Source: Lingula anatina (taxonomy: Eukaryota > Animalia > Brachiopoda). Taken from it: 64,000 nt of DNA. Under the pieces are notes generated by a model. The model was not told where the DNA came from. It did not search any database and saw only the letters and a program-made list of their open reading frames with translations. This document shows, piece by piece, positions 1 to 12,686 of this stretch. The first letter of the stretch is position 1. The number at the start of each line of letters is the position of its first letter. The position numbers and the translations under genes are program-made. Location of the stretch: the NCBI GenBank assembly GCA_051362555.1, contig CM120640.1, positions 25,592,225 through 25,656,224 on the forward strand, written 5' to 3'.

Positions 1-301
1 TTAGTCTCATGGAGTTTTGTGCCCTCAAAAAACACAAAATGCATATGAGTTAGGGTCTGCACAATGATATATATGAAAAATAATCACCATTCTAGATCAT
101 GTTTAAGAAAAATGTTTATCTTTTATTTTCACTGCAATGGCCAATGTATAGTTCTCATGGTACTCCTGTGAAGATCCACTAAACTAAATTTTTCCTAGCA
201 GTCAAATTATACATTGGCTTCTGCCAAATGCATGTAACTGATTTATCAGCACACATTTTTTTCAATCCATAAAATCAAAATATCCTCATCACTTTGAGCC
301 T

Positions 302-3300
302 TTAACCAGGGTTGTATCTTTCAAAGAGAACAACAAGTTCACAATGACTAGTGTGTGGAAACAGGTCCACAGGTATGGCTTTCACTGGTATAAATGGGGG
401 ACCCTTCATCTTCTTAGACTCTGGGCGTACAAAGCTAAAAAAAAAATGAAAGAAAACTTGAATTAATTTCTGATGAACAACGTCATTTCAATGTTTCTGT
501 GTAACTTACTTTAAGCTAAGTATACTTAAATCTATATAGACAAAAAATGCAGTCAACATGAGCTGCAATTTTTTCTCAAGTCCAAAGTAGTGCACTTACT
601 CTAAAAAATTTGACTGTACAACACTTTTGGGGCTACAAGACACAAATATCACTCTATTCAAAGCATGGCATCTCCTGATAGCATGGATAACCTTGGGGTC
701 TGAAAGTGAAAGCAATCAGCAATGTAATTATGAACTAGTTCTACATTTATCACAATTAAATTGTATTAAATACAACATTACCTTGCATAATACCACTCTA
801 TTAAAATAATTCATTAAGCAAACCTTATGGCTTTTAAGTTATTTTTTTCAGATAGTCAGCACATTAAAACAATATTTCTTAAACTACACAATCATTTCCT
901 TTCAAAAATGCCAGAAAAATATATTATTGTGCCAGCTATGTGAATGTAGTATGAAGTACAAATAATCACAAACTATTTCTTACGTAGGCCTGCCCTGGGA
1001 GGATCTACCACTGCTACTGCATTTCCCCAGCATGGACGGCTGGATACCAGTTCAGGGAGAACATCCTCTGCTTTGCCACAGTGGAATTCCACATTGCTGA
1101 TATCTAAAAAATAATTGACATTATTATTATTATTATGAAATTTTAGTCACCTGAATCACATTTGGAAATTCACATTTTATTGTTCTCGGCTACATTTACA
1201 AACTATATACAGGCAATTTTAATTCACTACACGCATGCATACACACAAAACAGGGAAAAAATTGCACAGTTTCATGACTGTTGGATTTAGTGCTTCATAA
1301 AACATATCACCTACCATTTAGTTGTGCATTATGTTTGGCATCCTCAATGGCCTGTGGCACCATCTCTATACCTATTACCTTCTTCACTCTCTGAAATAAA
1401 GAGTTGAAATTCAACCCTAATTAATTAAAGCTCTCTTAAAGTTGTTAACCAAAAGACCACTTCAGACACTCAGAATCCGAAAAAGATATTATTCAAGAAA
1501 TATTTACATGGGTCTACTTCATGACAGAACCACATTCCACCTGCATTCTCTGACAAGAAAATGTTAAGGTAGGAACTATTTAATTCTAAATAGAAGTAGC
1601 TATTACACTTTCCAGAGCACAACTACACTAGCATTGTTAGTAGAAAAGCTCTTCATCTGCAGTCAGTTAATGCCATACCTTTAAAGACTGTGTGAAGCAT
1701 CAACAATAATACAAGATTTCTTTATAAATTATTTTTTTCAGATAGTCAGCACATTAAAACAATATTGTGTGAAGCATCAACAATAATACAAGATTTCTTT
1801 ATAAAATACATAAAATTTAAGCTAACCTTGGCCAATGTAAGTCCAATAGTGCCCGTTCCACAACAAATGTCCAAGACGGTGACATCAGTGTTGATATTCT
1901 CTAAGCACCAGTCACCAACGACTTGATACAACACCTCGGTGGCCAGAGTGTTGACTGTGGAAGAAAGGCGGGTGTTTTACCTTAATATTCTGTGCTCTAG
2001 GATTAAATCAAATTCCTTCTCCGAAATTACCTAAAAGTTGCACTTGATTTACCATATACCAAGACATGAAAAGAATATGAAATATAACTTGCCAATAACA
2101 ATACAACAATAAATGTAAACAAAAGATTTCAATGCAAAATTCAACTCTGATATATGTACAATGAATATGTTTACCTTGAAAGAATGCATCTGGAGATATC
2201 CTGAAGGTAAGACCAAGTAGCTCCTCAGATATATGCTGTAAAATAATAAATGTAATTATTTCCAAACTTAAGGCAGGCAGACAATATAGCAGTTTTTCTT
2301 GCCAATCGTAATTTCAATAATTTCAATTTCATGTAGTCTATTTAATGCCAGTTTGTCTGATTTTGGTGCCATCATCACATAGTATATACACATGGTTTTG
2401 CATTCTTGCTACTTCCTGTATCAGTGAAATAACTAAGTAAAAGGGCAAAAATCATTTATCAATCAGAACAAAACATCTTATTTGTGCTCGTATCTATAAT
2501 CCACTAAACACACTACTTGGGATCATGTGGATCCACTGGCAACAATGCAACAGCCTGATGTCCCATTCTGGTGTGTTAACTGGAGTCTATATTGTACCTG
2601 TTCTCCGTGTAGAAGCTCAAAAGCTGGTTCACTGTCTCCACCAGTTACTCTAGGATAGAAAAACAAAATATGATAAATGTAATTATATGAAAATAATTCA
2701 AGAATTGTTTATCTCTTTACAGAAAACAAAATATGTGAACTAAACATAGAGTGAAAATGATTTTTAAATAAATATACAATCACTACTGCAAAATAAAGAG
2801 AAAAACAAATAATTCTTTGATGTTCTTAGGAAAAACATTGGAATTTTTTTCAAAATATGGTCAACAAATTAAACATACCTTGAAGATGATGCTTGAAAAT
2901 ACAGAGAAGTTATTCCACATGATTTTCCACCACCAGACACGAAATATTCTACCAGAGACTGTTTCTCTAATGCAAGTTCTTCCTGAATTAAAATGTACAT
3001 ATCTAAAATAATTTTTCTACAAAGTGTATTAGGTTTTCAGTCTAACTTGTGTGTTAAGTTCCAAAAAGTGAATAGAAATAGTTCAAAAGATGGATCTTCT
3101 TTTTAAAATGCATCAATAAAGAATTTCATTTTGCAGGTAAAAAATTGCACTTACCGAAAGATTTGAGGAATACTTAAACTCCATAAATTACTTCTATAAG
3201 ACCCAGAAACTAAACTTCTGAATAACTTGATATGAAGTTTACATTTAAAACTAAAAGCAATCAAACTGAATCCAAACCTCAGTTAGTGACTGTGGATGAA

Positions 3301-3635
3301 ATATTATAATTGCCATCAGATCTTTCCCCTGACACGTGCGGGCAGTCAGTTGTCTGTAGTGTCCAACTTGGAGTTCCGGATCAAACACTCCATATTTGGA
3401 AGTCTGAATATAATCTTGCAGAGCCTGAAAATTAAATTACAGAAAATGTGTTCAATGTAACTTTGCAGGCTTGTTTTTTAAATTTTATTTTCTATTACTA
3501 TGCCAAAAGTTTGTTGATTTTCAAGTACTTCTTACAAATCAGATTTTCAAAGAGAGAAGCAAGCATTTTTCCTTCCAACTTCTGCACCCTTCTTACTAAA
3601 ATGGATAGGGGTGATTATATTCACACCAAGATATG

Positions 3636-3678
<43 letters not shown>

Positions 3679-6094
3679 AGAAATCACTTTATGACAGGCA
3701 GTCTTACCCACCTTAGCCAGGTCTTTCATACTCTGAGGTAAGTTGATACAACCACTGGGCTCTGTCACTACACAGGTACCATCTCTGTAGCGCCCCATGC
3801 GGAAACCAACAACTTTGCCTGAAGATACAGTCAATATGCTCACAGATAAACACCGCAAACTTGATGTTTTGGTTAAATCATCCTACACCTTTAAAACTAA
3901 TTAAAGATCAAAAATTTATCCAATGTGAAAGATCTACTTACCACCATCACTTCCTTTTCCAATAGTGAACTCACATTTGTTTCTATAACTTTCAAGGATT
4001 GGCTGAAAAAAAATCTAAACGTTATTTCCAACAAATGGAATCTATTGACTGATATCAGTAAAAGCCCACAACTGGGTTATCTTATGTGTCACAAAAACTA
4101 ATATGAAACACATCCAGTACATGCTACAAAATAATTGCAGAAGAGATCAGCTTATACTTTCAGGGTACAGGTCTACATTTCTTTTTATATCTGTATCAAA
4201 TATTTAAGATTGCCTCCCATACTGGCATGCATTAAAGGTCTAAAAAAACATCTCTTACTGATGGTTTGATTTCCAGTAAAGTGCAGCATTTTGACTGATG
4301 TGTTTTTCTGAAAAAAAAATGTTGAAATAAACTAAACATTTGATAACAATAAATAGTGAATATGTAACATTGGGGATCAGCTTTGAGTCTAAAAAATTGG
4401 GTTAAGAAAAAAAAAGCTTTCTCTATGCTTCTCCACATCTTAAAAATAAAACTGACTGTCACTGTGACATCTCAGTTACCTCTGATTTTGTATCCAAGAC
4501 TTCAAATCCAGGTTCCCCTTTTCAATGACATGTGCAAACTTCTTCAATATACCATCCATTTCTGTTTGTTTGGTCTTAAACATAAAGAGTATGATTTTTA
4601 AAGCAAATTGAAGTACTGATATAAACACGGATGAGGCTGTCATATAGTGAAAAAGTTAGAAAATATGGCATGGGGTCCAGTGGGAAACCTAGGCCAATAA
4701 TATTTTTGGCTCCTGAAAAGTCAGAAATCCACTGATAGTTAAGAAAATCTCATCCCTGTATAAAGAATAAGGGATTTACCACTAACTTCACCACTTCACA
4801 CTGAATAAAATTATTGCAAATACTTAAGTTTTCTGCACAATCAACACTCTAAAACCTATAGGAAGAATTACCTGTATTTGCTCCTCGTATGGAACTTGCC
4901 AGAGTGGAGTTACAACATTATTCAGTCTACATGAAATAAATAGAGTAATGTGTTTATCAAAATGTACATTTATTTACATATAACTGTAATAAAATAACAA
5001 AAAACAAAAGCAGGAAGCCTTAATAGCATTAGTAGTAAAAGGTGCACATGCAGTGAATGAATTGTGCGCATGCAAATTGCTTTCGACGACAGCAGAGCGT
5101 AAAACTGAATGCGCAGAACGGACAAAAAACAAAGTTAAAATTGGGTTTTGACGAATAATATATAGATCTAATGGTGATGATTATTTAAGATAAACAATTT
5201 TAGACACCACTCTTATATCATCTCAAAAACTATGATAGCACCCTCCCTCGGTTTGTATGCCACTTTAAATAACACTCAAGGTATATATTTCTGAGTGTAA
5301 ATAGAGTGTGAATCTGCATAGGACTTTTAAAATTTATATACCTTTCCTGTGGTGGAAGCTTATCCTCTTCTTGATTATCTGTGCCTGATCTGGCCTTCTT
5401 TGCTTGAGGTTCATCTGTATCTATTGTAAAAAGATAACTCCTTTCATGTCACCACTGTTCTTTAGAATTCTCTGTCCTCTCCTTTTCTTTTCATGTAAAA
5501 GCAACCTTCTAAAAAAACTCATTTTCAAATAATCAAAAAAGTATATCTTAAATATAAGACCCTAAAAACTCATCTACCACTTATGTGTAAAGAAGAAATT
5601 TAATTCATACCCTGTTGTTGTACCTCCAGCTGTCTCTTTATGAATGGATCTGCTGCAGGATTGGCTTTCTACGTGGAAAAACAGTACGTACTAAAACACA
5701 TCTGATGAAATCTGACAAATTGTTCGAAGCACAAAACAGACATTTTTACATTACCATTGACATATTTTTTTAGTTATGTAATTTTTGGGTAAGCATTATT
5801 CAAATGCTAGCACCTGTCATTGTTTATCAAATTTATGCAAATGTTAAACAAACTGTTTCTCAATTTTATAATTTTAAGTCTTCTTAATGAAGAATCATAA
5901 ACTATTTTGATAATTTTCACTAAGTCTTGTAAGGGTCTTTAACAGATATAAAGCCTTGTACCTTTGCCTGCAAAACCTGTCCTTTCCACTGATGACCATT
6001 TAAGACATTCAAACCTTTCTGGCGATCTTCCTCATTTCTAAAACTCAAAAATTCATGTATAATTCTTCCTAACACAATCCCACACGCACTTATG

Positions 6095-6150
<56 letters not shown>

Positions 6151-7147
6151 ATATGCACACAGTCCTGAAATTATCAGTAAGAATCAATTTTATCTTAAAA
6201 CAGTTGACTTTTGTACTGTTTTGAAATTTCCTTTTTTGATCTAAATTTGTTTTAGTCACCTTTTAAATATAGTGTCTGAAAAAAATTTAATCAAACAGAG
6301 ACATGTACACAATTTCATTTCATAAATAATATTATGCCACCTCACCTAAAGGTAACGTATCCTACACTTCCATTGGCTGAGGCTGCCTTGATTTTCACTG
6401 GATTTAATTCGAGGTTAATCAACCTTTTCTTCAATTGCTGAAACAGATACCATTCTAATAAAAACAGAAGTTAAAAGAAATAAAATTTCCTTTAATATAT
6501 ATCATGCAAAAAATCAAATAAATTATTGGCACATATATGAAAAGCTATGTTTTTAATATCAATAACAGGCCATTCTTCAGTATCATGGTGACTAACAGAA
6601 GCAAAAAAGTTTGCCTACTTATAGATATTCGACACTGAATTTACTTACACACTTTTATTGAAACACTACTCCTGTTTGCCAAAACTCAAGATATAAAAGG
6701 TAAAAAAATTTAAAAATAAAATTTATAAATAATATAAATAAATAAAAAATATTTAAAAGAAATGGTGGCCATTGTACAGTATGAAAAAAAAATGTCTCAT
6801 AACACAGAAAATAAAATATATACAAATATTTTTAATTAACTTACACTGAAACCAAACTTTCTAGGTAGATTACGAACTTCTATCTTAAATATTTCTGAAG
6901 TAAAACCTTCTCGTTTCAAGTATTCATATGGATCCAGCTGTGGTTTGTCTGGTTGTGATTCTGATTCTTCACTGTTTGGCCCTTGTGTCACACTTCTTTC
7001 AACAGTGATAGGATTTTCTTCTTTCATGCCATCTGTTTTTAATCCAGGGGAAACCATATTAGAGTTTGAAGGAGTAGCAGCAGCAGCAGCAAGATCACCC
7101 TCTCTTTCTTCCATTTTATTAGGTACTGTCAATAAAACAGGGAACAT
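302..7147 (-). CDS. TRMT2A: tRNA (uracil-5-)-methyltransferase homolog A, multi-exon
   Basis: Spliced exons give TRMT2A motifs: [14 protein letters not shown] (6845-7147; start could be 7114), RRM exons 6346-6437 and 5962-6037, [10 protein letters not shown] (~3942-4003), VGFRMGRY (~3712-3818), [12 protein letters not shown] (~2175-2236), [11 protein letters not shown] (~1828-1955), VVDPPRAGL (~984-1103), IFVSCSP with the catalytic Cys (600-699), and [14 protein letters not shown] (302-434, TAA at 302-304). Some middle exon boundaries are approximate. Confidence 0.95.
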
Positions 7148-7549
7148 TTACAGTGATAAATTGACACTGACGAATTTATGATTTGACATTGAATGTCTTT
7201 GTTAAAAAGAACCACTCCACTCTTATTCTGACGACTAACACCATTCACTCATTCGTCTTTATATATTATATTCCCACTTGCTGTGAAACTTTTACTGGTC
7301 TACATACATATACTAGTATGCCATACGTGTATTGTAAAACTAGTTAACAAGCGCCACCAGTTTACCATACAAATGACGCCAGCGTAAAATCAACCTGTGC
7401 TATATATATATATATATATAAAAACATCCCTAGACTCGTACCTTGAAAATTAAACAAGTTGCAGCCTCACAATGCAATAATGAATAATAAGATAGAACAC
7501 ATAACGAATAAATCATAACAAGTCGGCTAAATACTTTCAAAAAGTCCTT

Positions 7550-7959
7550 TTTTACCTCTGTTAGTCTAATTCATAGTACAATCTTTCTAAAGTGATAACT
7601 CAAGGAGTCGCTATAGTTCAAAATCACACCCTTAAAGATAAACTTTCCCCTTTCATGTGAACCACTATGGGCGCAGCCATATTGTTGCCGTATGCTAAAA
7701 TGCGGGGTTCTATCAAACGTTTTTTGGCGTCAAATTAACAATAAACTCTAAACTGAGAAGTTATGATAGTGTAACTTAAGTAACTAGGATATTGAATGTT
7801 CAATTCCATTCTCAGAAATTGCAAAATTATTTATCTAAAACGAAAGGTCTTGTTGCAACCGAGGTAAATGTCTCGATTTCGCTACAGCGGGAAAGGAGAC
7901 TAAAGCTAACGAAGGTCAAGAAGAGTAGGCAAAAGAATCTCAAAGCATCTCTCTACAAC
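7550..7959. promoter_or_regulatory. Probable bidirectional promoter of TRMT2A and RANBP1
   Basis: Divergent start codons lie ~0.8 kb apart. The region is locally CpG-richer, with YY1-like GCCATATT (~7676-7683), E2F-like TTTGGCGTCAAA (7723-7734) and a minus-strand donor at ~7555 suggesting a non-coding TRMT2A first exon. Confidence 0.6.
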
Positions 7960-10900
7960 ATGGCAGATGACAAGGTAAACTGTGACATTTGTGTTCTCTT
8001 TTAACTTATGCCAATTTTAAGAGAAATACAAACCCGTGCATTAATAGATAACCTCAGAATCAGCACTTCAATCGAGACGTTTTTGCGCATTCATTGATAG
8101 ATTGCTACGGATAATCGGCGTTGCTTGTATCTACAATCCCAGAAGAAATGCCTTTTTTTCAGTTTCTAGATATTTATGTCTTAGTATTGGTAAAAAACCA
8201 GTAATGTTGGTTAAGCCATGTCTTACTTGGCACGGATTACACTGTGTCCAATAGTATTCAAAACCAAGCCAGTGAGGAAACCTCTCTAGTACAAACATAA
8301 CCCTAAACATACCATCTTTACTCCCTTAGCCTCAGTGGACACCTACCCACTGAAGACATTATGCCCACTCAGGACAGGAGCATTTTGGTGATATTTACAC
8401 TGTGTAAATGAACGAAAGCGAATTAAGTGTAAAGTGATGACCAGTTTGCCCACTCACTGCTGTGCAAGAGCTCTCTAATTTCTATCTTACCTCTCATCTC
8501 CTTAACCGGAGTGTCAACACATGCATTTCATGCCTTGATTACACTGGTTTAAGCTACATTTTTGCTTTGGTCAATTCATCGCTCTCAGCATCTATTTATT
8601 AAATGTTCTCCATTTTAGGAAGAAGTTATTGAGAGTCCAGATGCTCATTTTGAACCAGTAGTCAAGTTACCAGAAGTGGATGTTAAGTCACTAGAGGAGG
8701 ATGAAGAAGAAATGCTGAGAATGTAGGTAGAGAAGCAACCGAGTCCTGCTTGAAAGACAAAAAGCAAACACAACCACTAGGATTTTCTAAGCCTATATTA
8801 ATACCTATAACCACAGTTTCAAAGACCATACATCCATTCATTTGTTTTAAAAAATTGGCAATCTGAGATAGGGCTTTTCTCAGGATTGGGGGTACAGGCC
8901 CTCCAAAATTACAGATCAACATTTTGGACTCCTTGTACCCCAAATTCTGAGGAAACCCCTGCTCACAGACTTGCCCTTCAGGAAATTGTTGAAGAAATGC
9001 TTATTTTCAAATTTGAATGGGGATTGTAGAAAAATATGATGGCTAAAGCTCTCAAATTATACACATAGGTGTGATATCACATTTAGGATTTATGTACTAA
9101 GTTAAAATTCAAACTGTTTTGTAGATTTTGAAATAGATCCCTTCAACTTTGATGCATACCATAACACTGACACCTTTAAGCTCTTAGCAAAAACTGGCGT
9201 CGTGACATCATTCATTTGCATTTGGGAAAATGCTGAGTGATTTTCCAATGAAAGTTTACTCTTTGTGGTGATGGTTCAAAGATTTCCATTGCACAGCTGC
9301 AGTAAACAACTTTTCTTTATTTCATAGGAGAGCTAAATTATTCAGATATGACACATCGGGAGATGAGCCAGAATGGAAGGAGCGAGGTACAGGAGAAGTT
9401 AAACTACTTTCACACACAGGGAAAGGGACCACAAGGCTATTAATGAGGAGGGATAAAACACTGAAAATTTGTGCTAATCATTATGGTAAGTACTGTAATA
9501 CTTGTGCCATATTACGTAGATGAAAATATTTAGATCAAAGGCATAAATTGAATTGTTGATCAAGAGGAACAAGTTAATTGTGGTTTGCTCTAAATTTGCC
9601 TTAGAAGTTGGGATGTGCCTACAAAGCCTGAGTATCAGTGCAGAATTGCTTTTTGTCGCTGGTCTGAAATGTGATACTGAAGAGTACCTTTACTATCTTC
9701 ACTGGTTTGCACTGAGTAAAGAACTAAATGCATCCTTTGCAATTTTAAGCAGCAAATGGTAGGTTTTGAAACTGAAAAATTGACATGGACAAAAGTATTG
9801 ACTGCACAAAAAGATGGGGACCATTCCCACAGATATTTGGATCGATCTATCTCCTTGGGGGGTCTCACTAAATTGCTATCAAACTAACCGGCTTAAACGT
9901 CTGTCACGCCTAGTAAAACTGTTAGGGGGTAATTATCTTTACCCCTAGCCGATTCGGTAGGCGTGACAGACCTTTAAGCCTCTTGAGCTGATAGCAATTT
10001 AGCACGAACCCCCAGGGAGATGGATCGATCTATGTATGGGAACCCAGTCATAGATCTAGAGTGAGGAATTCCAAAATAGCCCCTTCAGCTTATAACAGCA
10101 CTGAAGGTGCATTTCCATTTTAGTCTTACCACAGATGGAACTGAAGAAGAATTGTGGCAGTGACAAGGCCTGGGTGTGGAACACACCTGCTGATTTTGCT
10201 GATGAGGAACCAAAACCAGAATTACTAGCTATTCGATTTGCAAATGTTGAAAGTGAGTACATCTTAAAAATGAAATACTGATTTTTGTTTTGATTCCAAA
10301 ATGAAAATAGTTTGTAATATCCGAGTGCCATTATTACCATAAGCTTCAAAATATCTTGCTATTACTACTGCTGTGCTAACATGTATTTGTTTTATTCAAA
10401 CCAGTACTTTTTGTTTAATGTAAGTGATGAGAAATTTGTGACGGGCGGACTGAGATCACAAATGTACAAGTGATATTATTCTTGCTGATTGTCACAGTTC
10501 TGATGCATTGTTTTTCTTTTCAACAAACAAACCATGACATATTTATACATTGCGAAATAGTAAAGTTCGCACGCATTTATTTTTCAGATGCAAATAAATT
10601 TAAAGAGACATTTGACAGGTTAAAGGCATCAGGTGAATCAGAAAAAACTGGAGGTAAGAACTTGCATAAGGATGTTGGGGATTCCTTTATTTTTGTTTGT
10701 ACATTTTATTTTTCATCTAAAAGCACTCGTCACATTTTCCCATGCAGTAACTTGCCCCTTTAAAACTTTTATTTCAGATGCGAAGAGAAAGAAAAGTATG
10801 TGCAGTTACCTCTCTTCTTAACATCCTTGAAGTATATTATCAGCAATATTGTATTAATGATGTGATGTCTAGAATGTCATTTATCAATTTTTTTTATGCT

Positions 10901-11175
10901 ACTTATACTGAATTAATTCATCTCTAGATGTTTTGGCATGACCACACCTATTTGGTATTACCCTTTCAGACACTCCAGAAAAGCCAGAGCAATCTGAAAA
11001 TTCTAAAGAAGACAGCAAATTAGCAGATGGCAACACAAGTGCGAGTGGAGACAGCACAGCTGCAAACAGTGTAGCAGAAAAATTGGGAGAAATGTCTGTT
11101 AAAGACTCTGAAAAGAAAACTGAAACAACAGAATCAAAAGACAGTGAAAAAGATACAGAGACAGCAGAGAGATAA
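7960..11175 (+). CDS. RANBP1: Ran-specific GTPase-activating protein / Ran-binding protein 1
   Basis: Exons 7960-7974, 8619-8722, 9328-9485, 10124-10252, 10588-10653, optional 10778-10795, and 10970-11175 join in frame (225 aa, or 231 aa with the micro-exon). RanBD motifs [43 protein letters not shown] and ELLAIRFAN; NES-like [10 protein letters not shown]. Confidence 0.96.
8426..8545 (+). ncRNA. Candidate (possibly degenerate) box C/D snoRNA in RANBP1 intron 1
   Basis: Box C GTGATGA at 8434-8440, non-canonical D box TTGA at 8535-8538, 7-bp terminal stem AGTGTAA/TTACACT, and 80 nt to the 3' splice site. Confidence 0.35.
8869..8961. mobile_element. ~93-bp hairpin mini-MITE (TAGGG...CCCTG termini)
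   Basis: ~40-bp imperfect inverted arms around a short loop in RANBP1 intron 2; no clean TSD. Confidence 0.5.
9817..10049. mobile_element. Palindromic MITE family B, copy 1
   Basis: Imperfect hairpin (GATCGATCTATCTCC...CTGTCACGCCTA / TAGGCGTGACAG...GGAGATGGATCGATC); a diverged copy in opposite orientation lies at 55660-55906. Confidence 0.7.
10417..10509 (+). ncRNA. SNORD43: Box C/D snoRNA, U43/SNORD43-like, in RANBP1 intron 4
   Basis: Box C GTGATGA 10424-10430. Guide GTGACGGGCGG precedes D' CTGA (10450-10453) and is complementary to conserved 18S CCGCCCGUCGC. The 3' part GCTGATTGTCACAGTTCTGA resembles vertebrate U43 as recalled. D box 10500-10503, terminal stem AATGTA/TGCATT, 84 nt upstream of the 3' splice site. 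Confidence 0.85.
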
Positions 11176-12686
11176 TATTGTATAAGTAGTCTGTCTTTAC
11201 AGTTCACAATTTTGCCCACCTCGAGCATTCATAAAAGGGGAAGTTGTTGGTGCTTAACACGTGATTTTTAACCCACATTTTCCATTTTGTATGGTTTACA
11301 TGATGAACACGTATACTGCATAAAAGTTTGATGTGAATGTGTCTGCTCTTCACAGCTTCAACCATCTTGCTCTATCAACTAGGTTTTATGATGAAGAATG
11401 AAGGTATAAAACTACAGATAATGCCTTCATGCATCTGTTTTATGATTTGAAGTATTAGCAAAAAGAAAAGCTGAACAGTCTGGACAGAGGTTTTATATTG
11501 CTAACAATTTTGTGCTTTTGACTAAGATTTGTAATGTCTCACTATTTTGTCAAGTTCTCCAATTCAACTGGAATGGTTATTTTAAGGGAGCCCTTAAGCT
11601 GTGATGTATGTTGAAAAATCAGATGATCATACTACCGATCTCTGTACAATGTTTTTATTTGCTAGCCATAATAGTCTTTGACATGAGCTTGGAAATGGTG
11701 TGTAATGAAAGATCTTTATCATTTCGTAATGTTAATAATGAACCTTTCCAACAATAAGACACTTTTCGGTAAATGCCACAAACAAATAAAATTTTTACCT
11801 TTACTATATTCTTTATTCATTTTAATAAACTGCTTTTAAATTATTTAGTGTTCTGCAGCTTAATATTAAGCAGCAGTTTCTAGTTGTAAATCATGATAGA
11901 AATAGCCAATAATTTGCCCCTGTTGAAGAATTTTTTTTTTGTCGTGCTAATTATTAATCCCAGTATTATTCTGCCACCCCCAGCACCATTTGCAGCTTTT
12001 CAAACATGTAAAAAAAGATCTGTAAACACTTGCTTTTTTTCAGTAACTTTTCTCAGGGTGCAGAATATTGGAGATTTGTGACTGGACAAGATTACAAGAC
12101 CCAAATTTTGCAAATTTGGGCACTGAATACATTAAAAGTAGAGAGAACCTCATGATCATATAAGCAGTCTGTATATTTCTCAAATGTAAAATTTATTCCC
12201 CTGCCTTGTAAAAAGGTCACATAGACATATATTAGTCTGCAATACAGTGTACAATGTACTTTGGACAAAGACTGCAATAAGCAAACCCAAGTACCAAGCA
12301 CTTAAACAAGACTGCACTTAAAAATTAAATGTGGGACTTCGCATTTTTAAAGTCCATATATCTGACATATAAAGAATTTGCTATAAACTTTAAGATAATT
12401 GTAAAATTCATAACTTATTTTTAACAACAAAGACGACAAACTGGCAACTCGCAACTGCTTACCTATGACACTTACATGAAATATTTCATCTGAATAAGGA
12501 TAATTGTCAATTAATGCTCTTACTTGTACTTTTTGAAAGAAATGTGCACCAGTGTCCTTTGACACAGTAGAGCAATTTAAATATATATATAATATGTACT
12601 GCACAAAGCCAGTTTATCTCCAATTACTGGGAAAAAAAGTCTTACTGTAGAAGGATAAGACCTGATAAACCACCTGCTTGTCAACA

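Noticed and set aside
5173-5294. GTGATGA...CTGA pair
   Set aside because: Antisense to the TRMT2A host transcript, with no convincing stem or guide.
9240-9300. Hairpin followed by ACA in RANBP1 intron 2
   Set aside because: No clear H box or first hairpin, so an H/ACA snoRNA is unsupported.
10899-11228. 109-aa minus-strand ORF
   Set aside because: Antisense shadow of the last RANBP1 exon; the same applies to shadows over ERp29 and TRHR exons.
11853-11876. 24-bp near-palindrome between the convergent RANBP1 and ERp29 3' ends
   Set aside because: Short and AT-rich; bacterial-type terminators do not apply to this eukaryotic locus.
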